Source of the DNA: a virus
Lineage: Duplodnaviria; Caudoviricetes
Virus record (IMG/VR): IMGVR_UViG_3300020440_000014
Span: 8,781 to 72,780 of that record
Length of the DNA stretch: 64,000 nucleotides
Strand: one strand, 5' to 3'
Shown: positions 28,466-37,426 of the stretch, piece by piece
Position numbering within the stretch: position 1 is the first letter of the stretch
Layout: every line of letters begins with the position of its first letter
Notes under the pieces: generated by a model
Told to the model about the DNA's origin: nothing
The model's input: the letters and a program-made list of their open reading frames with translations, nothing else
The model's database searches: none
Made by a program: the position numbers and the translations under genes

Positions 28466-30379
28466 ATGACAAGTAAGAATTTTATAATCAAAAACGGCCT
28501 TACCGTTGGAAACACAGAGGTCATAGATAGTTCAGGTAATATAACAGCAAGTGGTGTAGGTGCAGCTGTACAAGAAGCAATCGCTGATAAAATTGGTGGT
28601 ATCATTCAAGGTTCAGGTTCAACAACCGTAACTTATGATGATGCAAACGATACAATTACCATTTCATCAACAGGAAAAACAGAAGAAGAAATACAAGACA
28701 TAGTTGGCACTCAGATAGTATCAAATGGTTCACATACAGGTGTTTCATTTGTTTATGATGATTCAACTGATGGTGGTATAAATGCTACGGTTTCATTATC
28801 ATCTTTTAACACAGGCAACTTAGATGAAGGTGCTAACTTATACTATACCGATGCAAGAGCAGATGCTAGAATCGCAGCTGCAAGTACAAGTGACTTATCA
28901 GAAGGTTCAAACAAATATTATACAGACGAAAGAGTAGATGATAGGGTTAACGCTTTAATCACAGCAGGTTCAAACATAACAACTACATATGATGACGCCG
29001 CTGGTACTTTGACTATCGCTGCTACAGAAGATAATCTTTCAAACAACGATACAGATGACCTTTCAGAAGGTACAACAAATCAATACTTTACTGAAGCAAG
29101 AGCAAGAAGTTCAATATCAGTTTCAGGCGACTTATCATATAACTCTACATCTGGTGTTATTTCATTTACAAACGATGCTGGTGATATAGAAAGTGTCACA
29201 GCAGGAGATGGTCTATCAGGTGGTGGTTCATCAGGAGCTGTCTCACTTGCATTAGATTTAAATGAATTAACAGACCAAGCAGTAGATGTCGCAAACGATA
29301 GTATTGCGATTATAGATGCAACAGACAATTCTACCAAAAAAGATTTAATTAGAGATGTTGTCACAGGTATCGCTGGTACAGGTCTTGGTGCATCTTCAGG
29401 TGTTTTAAATGTTTCATTAGCATCATTTGATACAGGCAACTTATCTGAAGGTTCAAACAAATATTATACAGACGAAAGAGTAGACGACAGAGTTAATGCA
29501 TTAATTACTGCTGGAACAAATATCTCAACTTCATATGACGATGCAAACGGAACACTTACGATTAACTCTTCAGGTAAAACTGAAGAAGAAATCGAAGATA
29601 TTGTAAACGGTTTAATAGTCGGTGGGACAAACATCACATCAACATACGATGACGGTGCTGGAACACTTACACTTGCTGGTCTATCAGATTCAGATATCAG
29701 AGGTTTAGTATCTGCTGGTGGTAATTTATCATACAATAGTTCAACAGGTGAATTCTCATTTACAGAAAGAACAGATGCAGAAGTCAGAGGACTTGTATCA
29801 GTCACAGATTCAGGCGGAGATGGTTCACTTGCATATAATTCATCTACAGGTGTAATCACATACACAGGCCCAAGTGCATCAGAAGTCAGAGCTCATCTAA
29901 GTGCAGGAACTGGTGTAACATATTCAAGTGGTGAATTTAGTATCGGTCAGGCAGTTAACACTAATAGTAATGTTACATTTAACAATGCAGTAATCGATGG
30001 TAACTTAACGGTTAATGGAACAACAACATCAGTTTCATCAACAAATACTACAATCGAAGATGCATTAATCGAATTAGGGTCTGGTAACACAGGTGCTAAC
30101 TCAAATGACCTTGGACTTATCTTAGAGAGAGGAAGTACAGGTGATAATGGATTTATGGGTTGGGATGAAAGTGCCGATAGATTCGTAGTTGCGACAACAA
30201 CTGCAACAGGTTCTTCAACTGGTGGACTAAGTTTATCTGAAGCAAACTTTAGAGCAAATCAGATAACAACAAGTTATGCATCAAATAGTGGTGGTGTAGC
30301 GAGAAACATATATCAATCAACTTCTGCTCCGGGTAGTTCAGATGGACAAGTTGGCGATTTATGGATTTTATACTCTTAA
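28466..30379 (+). CDS. Tail fibre-like protein with internal repeats
   Basis: Repeated DL.EGSNKYYTDERVDDRVNALITAG, YDD..GTLTI and GKTEEEI.DIV; ends PGSSDGQVGDLWILYS. Confidence 0.7.
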   Translation: MTSKNFIIKNGLTVGNTEVIDSSGNITASGVGAAVQEAIADKIGGIIQGSGSTTVTYDDANDTITISSTGKTEEEIQDIVGTQIVSNGSHTGVSFVYDDSTDGGINATVSLSSFNTGNLDEGANLYYTDARADARIAAASTSDLSEGSNKYYTDERVDDRVNALITAGSNITTTYDDAAGTLTIAATEDNLSNNDTDDLSEGTTNQYFTEARARSSISVSGDLSYNSTSGVISFTNDAGDIESVTAGDGLSGGGSSGAVSLALDLNELTDQAVDVANDSIAIIDATDNSTKKDLIRDVVTGIAGTGLGASSGVLNVSLASFDTGNLSEGSNKYYTDERVDDRVNALITAGTNISTSYDDANGTLTINSSGKTEEEIEDIVNGLIVGGTNITSTYDDGAGTLTLAGLSDSDIRGLVSAGGNLSYNSSTGEFSFTERTDAEVRGLVSVTDSGGDGSLAYNSSTGVITYTGPSASEVRAHLSAGTGVTYSSGEFSIGQAVNTNSNVTFNNAVIDGNLTVNGTTTSVSSTNTTIEDALIELGSGNTGANSNDLGLILERGSTGDNGFMGWDESADRFVVATTTATGSSTGGLSLSEANFRANQITTSYASNSGGVARNIYQSTSAPGSSDGQVGDLWILYS

Positions 30380-30416
30380 TTGAGTAACATATATATTATA
30401 ACAGAGATTTAAAAAT

Positions 30417-31280
30417 ATGGCAACAGGTTCACAAAAAGTAAAAACACCATCGGGTTGGAATAGTACTCGAGGTGCTTGGGTAAAAACAGGTGCAAGTACT
30501 TGGAAAGATGCAGACCAAATCTACATCAAAACGCCTTCAGGTTGGAATAACGCATCTGGTCAAACAAGTGTTCAACAACCTTATCCATATATTGCAAATG
30601 CTCAGAATCCTGTAATTAGAAATAGACAAAATCCATATCCTTACATAGCAAATGCTCAGAATCCTGTAATCAGAGACGCTCAAGAGCCTAATATTAGAAG
30701 TGCTCAAGAGCCTAATATTAGAAGTGCTCAAGAACCTAATATTAGAGATGCAAGACAACCTGCTATATATCAAGTTAACGTGCCTTCTAGAAGTCCATTT
30801 ACATATCAACACAGGTCACCGTTTACATATAGAAATCCGGTGAGTGCTCAAGAACCTAATATTAGAAATAGACAAACACCATTTACATATAGACACCCAG
30901 CATCTGCTCAAGAACCTAATATTAGAAATGGTCAAACACCATTTAGATACCCAGCAAATGGTCAAACGCCATTTAGATATCCTGCTAATGCAAGACAACC
31001 TGCTGGTTATAGAGCAAGTGCTAGACAACCATTTACATATCAAGCGCAATATAGAAGTCCATTTACGTATCGAGCAAGATATCCAGCTATTTACTCTTTT
31101 AGTTTTCAAAGCCCGTTTAATCAAACTGACCCACAAGCTGATGGACAAACACCTTATAGAGCGTCAGCTCAACAACCTGCGATTGCTAGAAGTCCGTTTA
31201 GATATATAACGCCAGCTAGACAACCATACTTTTATACATTCGGCGGTTTCGGCGGTTTCGGTGGTTTTAATATAAGGTAA
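30417..31280 (+). CDS. Pro/Gln/Arg/Tyr-rich tandem-repeat protein with an N-terminal KT..W module
   Basis: VKTPSGW/WVKTGASTWK/IKTPSGW N-terminus, then AQEPNIR, RSPFTY, GQTPFRYPAN and RQPFTY repeats; ends GGFGGFGGF. Confidence 0.75.
   Translation: MATGSQKVKTPSGWNSTRGAWVKTGASTWKDADQIYIKTPSGWNNASGQTSVQQPYPYIANAQNPVIRNRQNPYPYIANAQNPVIRDAQEPNIRSAQEPNIRSAQEPNIRDARQPAIYQVNVPSRSPFTYQHRSPFTYRNPVSAQEPNIRNRQTPFTYRHPASAQEPNIRNGQTPFRYPANGQTPFRYPANARQPAGYRASARQPFTYQAQYRSPFTYRARYPAIYSFSFQSPFNQTDPQADGQTPYRASAQQPAIARSPFRYITPARQPYFYTFGGFGGFGGFNIR
30678..30749 (+). repeat. 24-nt coding tandem repeat, three copies (AQEPNIRS)
   Basis: gctcaagagcctaatattagaagt twice plus a near-identical third copy. Confidence 0.9.
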
Positions 31281-31314
31281 ATGATATGAATAGTTTAAGT
31301 AGGAAAAAAATATA

Positions 31315-32037
31315 ATGCCATCAGGAAGAAGAATAGTAGGCTCAAGAGCATCAGGTCAATCACCTGGTAATGTTGGAAATCCGTTTACTTATAATAATAG
31401 GCAGCCATTTACGTATCCACATTCCGTACAGGCTCGACAACCAAACATTGGTTCTGGTAGTTATCGAGCAAGATATCCTGCTAACGGTCAACAACCTGTT
31501 CCTTATATTGCTAATGGTCAAACACCATTTAGATACCCAGCAAGTTATCAAATACCATTTACATATAGAGCAAGTGCTAGACAACCATTTACATATAGAG
31601 CAAGTGCTAGACAACCATTTACATATAGTCATAGGTCACCGTTCACATATAGACACCCAGCAAGTGCTAGACAGCCATCTACGTATCAACATAGGTCACC
31701 GTTTACATACAGAAATCCAGTAAACGGTCAAGAACCAAATATACGTGACGCAAGACAACCTAATATAGTTCAACAATCCAGAAACTATCAAATACCATTT
31801 ACGTATCAACACAGGTCACCGTTTACGTATCAACATAGGTCGCCATTTACGTATCAACACAGGTCACCATTTACGTATCAACATAGAAGTCCTTCTACAT
31901 ATGCTAGACAAGGTCAGACACCAACTACGTATCAACATAGAAGTCCTTCTACATATGCTAGACAAGGTCAGACACCAGTGATACGTTGGGATAATGACTT
32001 GGCTAATCAGTGGCCAGGTTCTCCTGTGACTGGATAA
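31315..32037 (+). CDS. Pro/Gln/Arg/Tyr-rich tandem-repeat protein
   Basis: 11 PFTY copies in 240 aa (RQPFTYRASA, QHRSPFTY). Confidence 0.75.
   Translation: MPSGRRIVGSRASGQSPGNVGNPFTYNNRQPFTYPHSVQARQPNIGSGSYRARYPANGQQPVPYIANGQTPFRYPASYQIPFTYRASARQPFTYRASARQPFTYSHRSPFTYRHPASARQPSTYQHRSPFTYRNPVNGQEPNIRDARQPNIVQQSRNYQIPFTYQHRSPFTYQHRSPFTYQHRSPFTYQHRSPSTYARQGQTPTTYQHRSPSTYARQGQTPVIRWDNDLANQWPGSPVTG
31798..31977 (+). repeat. Coding tandem repeats: four 24-nt units (QHRSPFTY) overlapping a 54-nt-period duplication
   Basis: tttacgtatcaaca(c/t)ag units at 31798, 31822, 31846 and 31870; 52-nt identity between 31872-31923 and 31926-31977. Confidence 0.9.
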
Positions 32038-32071
32038 ATAAGTTAGTACAAGCTAATAAAAACTTTATATT

Positions 32072-33679
32072 ATGAAAAGACTCACGTTAAAAGAAGCCCA
32101 AGAACTATTTAAAGACTACGATTCAGAAAAATTTCCTAATTCAACTACAACTCAAATTGGTCATTTTGATATCGTCAAAGATAAACAAATAGGTCAAAAT
32201 AAAGAACAGACAATTGAAGTTTTACATTGGATATATGAAAATGTAACTAGTTATCCAAAAATTGTTAAATGGAAAGAAGTTAGAAAAATATTTCAAACCG
32301 AATTATCTCATAATAATTATAAATTAAGTAGTTGGGGCAAACTCAAACATCCATCTTTTATCTACAACGCATTATTACCAAAAGTCTATACGTCAGAACC
32401 TGAAGTAGCTGCTCCAGGTTTTTTAGGTTTTGGTACTAAGAACCTAAAAGACGAACACGATGACTTATCTCATTTATCAGATGTTACAAGAGAAACAGAT
32501 TTAGTAAAATCATCTTACTATCATGCTGCTAAAGCACACTGGTTAGTGCAAGACATAAGAAAAAACGGATTATGGAATAGACCGCAAGGCAAAGTATATA
32601 AAGATGGAGATAATCGTTTTAGACTTATGATGCATCCAGGTTCTGTTCGTTCACAGGTCATTGAAATGTTAGATGATGATGATTTAGAACTTATGATTTA
32701 TGATAAACATAATTTATTTCCAGATATACAACCTACGACTCTTGAGTTTATGCTCGATGAAATAAAAACAAGAATTTCAGAAATAGAAGAGAATGATGCC
32801 CTTTCACGTAAGTTGCATACAGATGTTTCTTTTCATCTTTCAGCTGGAGGATATATTGAAATGAGTTCATCTTTAGCACATATGCATAATATGGATTTTA
32901 GAACTGAGGTTTATAAATTTAATAGACAAGTGACCGAATTATCTTCAGGTAAACCTATTACAATCTATGTTGGTTATGATAGTAGACATGAAAACATATC
33001 TGAACAAGCAAAAAGATTAATTGATTTAAGAATAGCACAAAGTCTCGGTGGAGGAGATATAACAGGTCTCTTCAAGTGGTTTAAACCTGAAGTCAAGTTA
33101 TTAGATATTTCAAAAATACCAGAGTATACAAGAGAATATGCAAACCAGTCTACTGAATTCACTTATAGTAGATTTTTGATACCTTATCTAGAAAATTATG
33201 AAGGATTCAGTATGTTTGTTGACAATGATATTTTATTCAGAGAAACGCCTTTACCCTTTTTATATTTTTTAAATCCAGAAGACGCTGTAGCTTGTGTACA
33301 ATACAATTTTGATAAACACGATGAAACAAAAATGGATGGCGAAAAGAACGTCTCTTATCCTAAAAAGCTTTGGTCTTCATTAATGGTTTTCAATAATAGT
33401 CATGAAGATTGTAAGAAGTTAACTCCTGAGGTAATCAATACAGAATCAGGTAAATATCTACATCAATTTGAATGGACAAATGCAATCAGTGAAATACCAG
33501 AATCACATATTGTCACTGAAGGATTTGATACGTTAAAAGATAAACCACATGCATTTGCAATACATTATACAAGAGGTGGTCCTTGGATAAAAAACATGAA
33601 TTTAGACAACCTAAATATGCTTGACGAATATCAAAACATGATTAATAAAATACAAGTAGAGGAAAACTTTTTAAAATAG
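32072..33679 (+). CDS. Fusion of an unknown N-terminal domain with a C-terminal GT-A glycosyltransferase (GT8-like phage family)
   Basis: IYVGYDSR, STEFTYSRFLIPYL, FVDND (DxD), KKLWSSLMVFN, LHQFEW, HYTRGGPW. Late promoter variant GATAAATA at 32033. Confidence 0.8.
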   Translation: MKRLTLKEAQELFKDYDSEKFPNSTTTQIGHFDIVKDKQIGQNKEQTIEVLHWIYENVTSYPKIVKWKEVRKIFQTELSHNNYKLSSWGKLKHPSFIYNALLPKVYTSEPEVAAPGFLGFGTKNLKDEHDDLSHLSDVTRETDLVKSSYYHAAKAHWLVQDIRKNGLWNRPQGKVYKDGDNRFRLMMHPGSVRSQVIEMLDDDDLELMIYDKHNLFPDIQPTTLEFMLDEIKTRISEIEENDALSRKLHTDVSFHLSAGGYIEMSSSLAHMHNMDFRTEVYKFNRQVTELSSGKPITIYVGYDSRHENISEQAKRLIDLRIAQSLGGGDITGLFKWFKPEVKLLDISKIPEYTREYANQSTEFTYSRFLIPYLENYEGFSMFVDNDILFRETPLPFLYFLNPEDAVACVQYNFDKHDETKMDGEKNVSYPKKLWSSLMVFNNSHEDCKKLTPEVINTESGKYLHQFEWTNAISEIPESHIVTEGFDTLKDKPHAFAIHYTRGGPWIKNMNLDNLNMLDEYQNMINKIQVEENFLK

Positions 33680-33681
33680 TA

Positions 33682-33710
33682 TTGTAATTAAAGACCACTT
33701 AGTATATAAT
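33682..33710 (+). promoter_or_regulatory. Host sigma70-type promoter TTGTAA-N17-TATAAT
   Basis: Near-consensus hexamers with 17-nt spacing, followed directly by AGGAG and ATG 33721. Confidence 0.6.
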
Positions 33711-33720
33711 AGGAGTTATT

Positions 33721-34272
33721 ATGAATATGTTAATTTATTGTGAAAATGGAAATCTAACCATCAGAAAATCAAATGGTTTAGAATATACCTTTAATAATAC
33801 AGATAAACCAAATTTTGGTTTTGAGTATGATGTCATCATTTACGATGACATAGAAGTAAAGATTTTAGAGTGGAAAGAAAATGTTCCTTTTGATAAACAA
33901 GAACATATAACTCTAAATGAAACAGAAATCGATGCTATTGAGCAGTACATAGAAAATTCAGAACCGCCTGAAGGCCATTCGTTAAATCAACAATATAGCA
34001 ATCAACTATGTAATATGACAAACAATTATTGTCAAGAACAGGCTCAAAATTATGGTTTTAATGACTTATTGGAAGTTATGATAGCAGCAAGAGAGGGTTC
34101 TTGTCACCCATTTAGAATTAATGCAAGAAGAACCTTAGAATATTATGATGCAGTCTGGTCGGTATATGATAATCTTATGCAAGAGATAATCAATACAAGA
34201 GAAGATGTGTTAAGAGAATATGAACATTATGCTTCTGCTATACCAACTCCAGTGAGACCACCTCAAGCTTAA
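33721..34272 (+). CDS. Hypothetical protein; C-terminus resembles tail-fibre assembly/chaperone proteins
   Basis: QAQNYGFNDLL...A......F...A....YYDAVW pattern, recalling the GYD.....W...VW motif of tail assembly proteins (by eye). Confidence 0.45.
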   Translation: MNMLIYCENGNLTIRKSNGLEYTFNNTDKPNFGFEYDVIIYDDIEVKILEWKENVPFDKQEHITLNETEIDAIEQYIENSEPPEGHSLNQQYSNQLCNMTNNYCQEQAQNYGFNDLLEVMIAAREGSCHPFRINARRTLEYYDAVWSVYDNLMQEIINTREDVLREYEHYASAIPTPVRPPQA

Positions 34273-34275
34273 ACA

Positions 34276-34947
34276 ATGCAAGTCGAGTATATAGATGCTC
34301 CATTTAGCATTGAAAAATTACCTTTAGATAAAATTTATGTAATTGACAATTATCTAGAAAAATCATTACATCATTTTTTTGACAAGTATATCACAAATGC
34401 TTCAATATGGTCTAAAACCAATCAAGTCAATTCAATTAGCCCAACAGGTTTGCCTCATCATAGTTTTTGGGGAGGAAGTTTTTTTAGAACAAAAAATGGT
34501 TTGAAGACTATCGAAACAGACATGGAACCAAGGCATACTTATTTTGCTGATTTTTTAGATAAAAGAATACAAACCGATTTTGGTTTCGAATGGATTAGAT
34601 TTCAATATATGGGTTTAAATTCACAAACACACGGACTACAAGGAACTACCCATTCAGATTGCCCAAAAGAAGATGAATGGAATCTTTCTTTTTTATATTA
34701 TTACAATAGATATTGGAATAAAGATTGGGGTGGTGTATTGAGATTTTACGATGAGCATCAACAAGGGCTAGATGGTCGTGATGAACACATACAGAATCAT
34801 CAAATTGCAGAAGTTGAATTTAAACCCAATCGATTATTAATGTTTGACGGAAGAATACCACACGGTGCAGATGCGCCGAATGAAAATGCAAGATATATGG
34901 ATAGAAGGTCAGTTGTGTTGAGAGGAGATGAAGTATGCCTACTATAG
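34276..34947 (+). CDS. 2OG-Fe(II) oxygenase, prolyl-4-hydroxylase-like
   Basis: HSD...LSFLYY.N..W..DWGG.L.F...FKPNRLLMFDG.IPHGA...R: HxD...H triad plus the 2OG-binding Arg. Confidence 0.85.
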   Translation: MQVEYIDAPFSIEKLPLDKIYVIDNYLEKSLHHFFDKYITNASIWSKTNQVNSISPTGLPHHSFWGGSFFRTKNGLKTIETDMEPRHTYFADFLDKRIQTDFGFEWIRFQYMGLNSQTHGLQGTTHSDCPKEDEWNLSFLYYYNRYWNKDWGGVLRFYDEHQQGLDGRDEHIQNHQIAEVEFKPNRLLMFDGRIPHGADAPNENARYMDRRSVVLRGDEVCLL

Positions 34948-35774
34948 ATTTTATCTCATTCACCGAAGAAACGGTAAGATTAGTAAAACCAGTTTTAGCT
35001 AAAAAAGCTCAACCTGAATGGTGGAAGAAATCAAAAATAGCTGATATCACACATGGCGAAATAGCCAGAACTATTAGAAGTTGTCCTGCGATGGACGATT
35101 GGTTAAAGTCTGGTTGGATTATTGAAACATTACATGATATAGATGTGATACAAGGAGATAATAATGGTACATTTAATTCTGAATTTAAAGTAACAACATT
35201 GCCTCATCATGCTGTAGCATCGCCAAGCCATCCCGAAACACAATTAAATAATTTTTTACCATACGGTTTAAACGATAGAATCAAGTCTGCTTTTAAAATC
35301 AGACAACCATGGAATGTTATAACTCCGCCTGGTTATTCATGTTTATTCTTAGACCCATTTCTTACTAACAACATACACTTTACGGTATGGCAAGGAATTA
35401 TAGATACAGATAAATTTAATGTAAATAACGATAATGCTCAAATGATATTTTATCCTAAAGTTAATCATAGTTTTACGATAAAAAAAGGCACAGCATTATG
35501 TCAAATTATACCTTACAAAAGAGAAGTCTGGACTGCAACGTATCAAGTACATTCTAGTAAATCTTATATAGAAAATAGAAATAAAGTTACCAAAAATGTT
35601 GAAAATACATCTATGGAAGAATATAACAAAGATTCTAAATATGAAGTAGACAACGCATTAGGCGGCGCAAGTCCGTATAGAAGAGAAGGACAATGGCAAG
35701 AAAAAGGTAAATTGTATAAAGAAAGTGAACCGCCACCAGAGTGCCCATATCACGGTAAAATAGAAAATGATTAA
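34935..35774 (+). CDS. Conserved marine-phage hypothetical protein
   Basis: TIRSCPAMDD, K...PW...TPPGYSCLF..P, GIIDTD, IKKGT.L.QIIP..RE; this family is often found beside 2OG oxygenases. Confidence 0.65.
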   Translation: MPTIDFISFTEETVRLVKPVLAKKAQPEWWKKSKIADITHGEIARTIRSCPAMDDWLKSGWIIETLHDIDVIQGDNNGTFNSEFKVTTLPHHAVASPSHPETQLNNFLPYGLNDRIKSAFKIRQPWNVITPPGYSCLFLDPFLTNNIHFTVWQGIIDTDKFNVNNDNAQMIFYPKVNHSFTIKKGTALCQIIPYKREVWTATYQVHSSKSYIENRNKVTKNVENTSMEEYNKDSKYEVDNALGGASPYRREGQWQEKGKLYKESEPPPECPYHGKIEND

Positions 35775-36441
35775 GTTGATGTTTCCAGCTTTTGTTTGTG
35801 TCAAAGAATTTCTTGATAAAGATTCAGAACAATATCCAAATATGACAAGAGAGTATTTTAAGATACTCAAAGATGAAATGGATAACATGCAAAAGTTAGA
35901 CCCTAAAGGTAGAAATGTTTCTAATTCAGGAGGTTGGCAGTCTAACGATGGTATAGAATCTAATCCTATATTTGTTAAAGCATATCGTACAATTAAGAGA
36001 GTCGTAGCAAATGAATTGGTGCCTGCTTTAGGTTTAGAAAAAAATTCTTTTAATGTTGTAATGCATAACTCTTGGGGTAATATGAATTTCAATGGCAATT
36101 TCAATAAACCTCATCTACATAATGGCTGTTTTTATTCTGGTGTCATGTATATTAAAGCTGATGGTGATGAAGGAAATTTAGTATTTGTAGATACAAATCA
36201 TAAAATAGCAGGTGTATTTCCACCAAATCCGATGATGAAAGAATCGGAGATATATTCACCTAGAACAGGCGACTTATATTTGTTTCCTAGTGGTTTGATG
36301 CATATGGTAGAACCGAATCTAACAGATAAAACCAGATATAGTATATCATTCAACTTAGAAGTTAATGGTGGTCAACGAAGAGAAACTATTCAAAATGAAC
36401 ATTTAAAGTATGAAGTGAATGATGAGGGTGACTGCTTTTGA
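35767..36441 (+). CDS. Putative 2OG-Fe(II) oxygenase (TIGR02466-like)
   Basis: SWGN.N...FNKPHLH.G.FYSGVMYI...G.L.F...P..GDLYLFPS.L.HMV.PN...RYSISFN. Confidence 0.85.
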   Translation: MIKLMFPAFVCVKEFLDKDSEQYPNMTREYFKILKDEMDNMQKLDPKGRNVSNSGGWQSNDGIESNPIFVKAYRTIKRVVANELVPALGLEKNSFNVVMHNSWGNMNFNGNFNKPHLHNGCFYSGVMYIKADGDEGNLVFVDTNHKIAGVFPPNPMMKESEIYSPRTGDLYLFPSGLMHMVEPNLTDKTRYSISFNLEVNGGQRRETIQNEHLKYEVNDEGDCF

Positions 36442-36453
36442 TAAATAGTATAT

Positions 36454-36717
36454 ATGGACAATATAGTTATAGACCCAACATTACTTTGGAATTTAATTCT
36501 TTCTCTTATCATAGTGCCTGTGGGTGTTCTTGTTAGAACTATTCTAGCAGAACAAAAAAGAATGGATATTCTCATTAATAAAACAAGAGAAGAAATAGCA
36601 AAAGATTATGTAACTAGAGACCAGTTAGAAAAGGATTTAGAGAAATTAATTTCTACGGTAGAAAGAATGGACGAAAAACTTGACAGAATCCAGACCAAAA
36701 CTTATTTTCAAGACTAA
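36454..36717 (+). CDS. Small protein with one N-terminal TM helix and a coiled coil
   Basis: LLWNLILSLIIVPVGVLV hydrophobic stretch; late promoter variant GATAAATA at 36440. Confidence 0.65.
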   Translation: MDNIVIDPTLLWNLILSLIIVPVGVLVRTILAEQKRMDILINKTREEIAKDYVTRDQLEKDLEKLISTVERMDEKLDRIQTKTYFQD

Positions 36718-37399
36718 AGAAGATTTTTTACAAAGTCAATCACTCAGAGAAAATTTTCAAAATTGCCAAGGAGAAGTAACTCGATTTGATACAGAGTCTT
36801 TGCCTGATTGGTACAAAGAGCATTTTGAATTATTACTCAGTCATTATAATATAGAACCTACATACGATAGTTTTCTATATCATTTCGAAAAATATCATTT
36901 AACACCTTATGATTGTTCTAAGTATCTTTGGTTAAAAGATAGTGTTAAAAAAGAAAACACGTATTGTCCTAGTCAGTCTTTTTATAATCCATCAGAATTT
37001 GATAGTAAAGAATTATTTCATGCCGGTAGATTAAAGTCTTTGGTCACATATGAAATGAATGTTGGTTTATATGATATATGGACTCGCAAAGACCATCCAA
37101 AAGATTGGATAGAATGGTCTTGGATAAAACCCATGACTTATGAAGAGTGGTTATCTGAATATCATTTTAATGAAAATATAATACATTATCATTACATGAA
37201 AGATAGAAAAGTTATATGTGTTTTAGTTCAAAAATCTAATAAACCCGGTCTTCGTGAAAAATATGGCGACCTAATAGATAGAGTTTACAATGATGCTAGA
37301 TTTACGGTAGATGGTATTGTCTACTCTTATGATGATTTGAAAACTAAACGATATTGTATTGATTCACAATTAGAACCAAAAATCGAGTTTATGGAATGA
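36680..37399 (+). CDS. Hypothetical protein
   Basis: 239-aa ORF in the operon direction; no recognised motif. Confidence 0.55.
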   Translation: MTESRPKLIFKTKEDFLQSQSLRENFQNCQGEVTRFDTESLPDWYKEHFELLLSHYNIEPTYDSFLYHFEKYHLTPYDCSKYLWLKDSVKKENTYCPSQSFYNPSEFDSKELFHAGRLKSLVTYEMNVGLYDIWTRKDHPKDWIEWSWIKPMTYEEWLSEYHFNENIIHYHYMKDRKVICVLVQKSNKPGLREKYGDLIDRVYNDARFTVDGIVYSYDDLKTKRYCIDSQLEPKIEFME

Positions 37400-37426
37400 T
37401 AAATAGTAGGATTAAAGGAACTTACT

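Noticed and set aside
28890-29560. Near-duplicate segments in the fibre gene as a possible DGR template/variable pair
   Set aside because: Differences are mostly synonymous and not adenine-specific, both copies are coding, and no reverse transcriptase is in the window.
30537-31723. Long antisense and alternative-frame ORFs over the repeat genes (30537-30812, 30816-31148, 30844-31209, 31360-31632, 31370-31723)
   Set aside because: Tandem repeats propagate stop-free frames; these ORFs have no RBS and their translations simply mirror the repeat units.
31798-31893. 24-nt direct repeats resembling a CRISPR array
   Set aside because: The repeats are contiguous without unique spacers, in frame within a CDS, and no cas genes are present.
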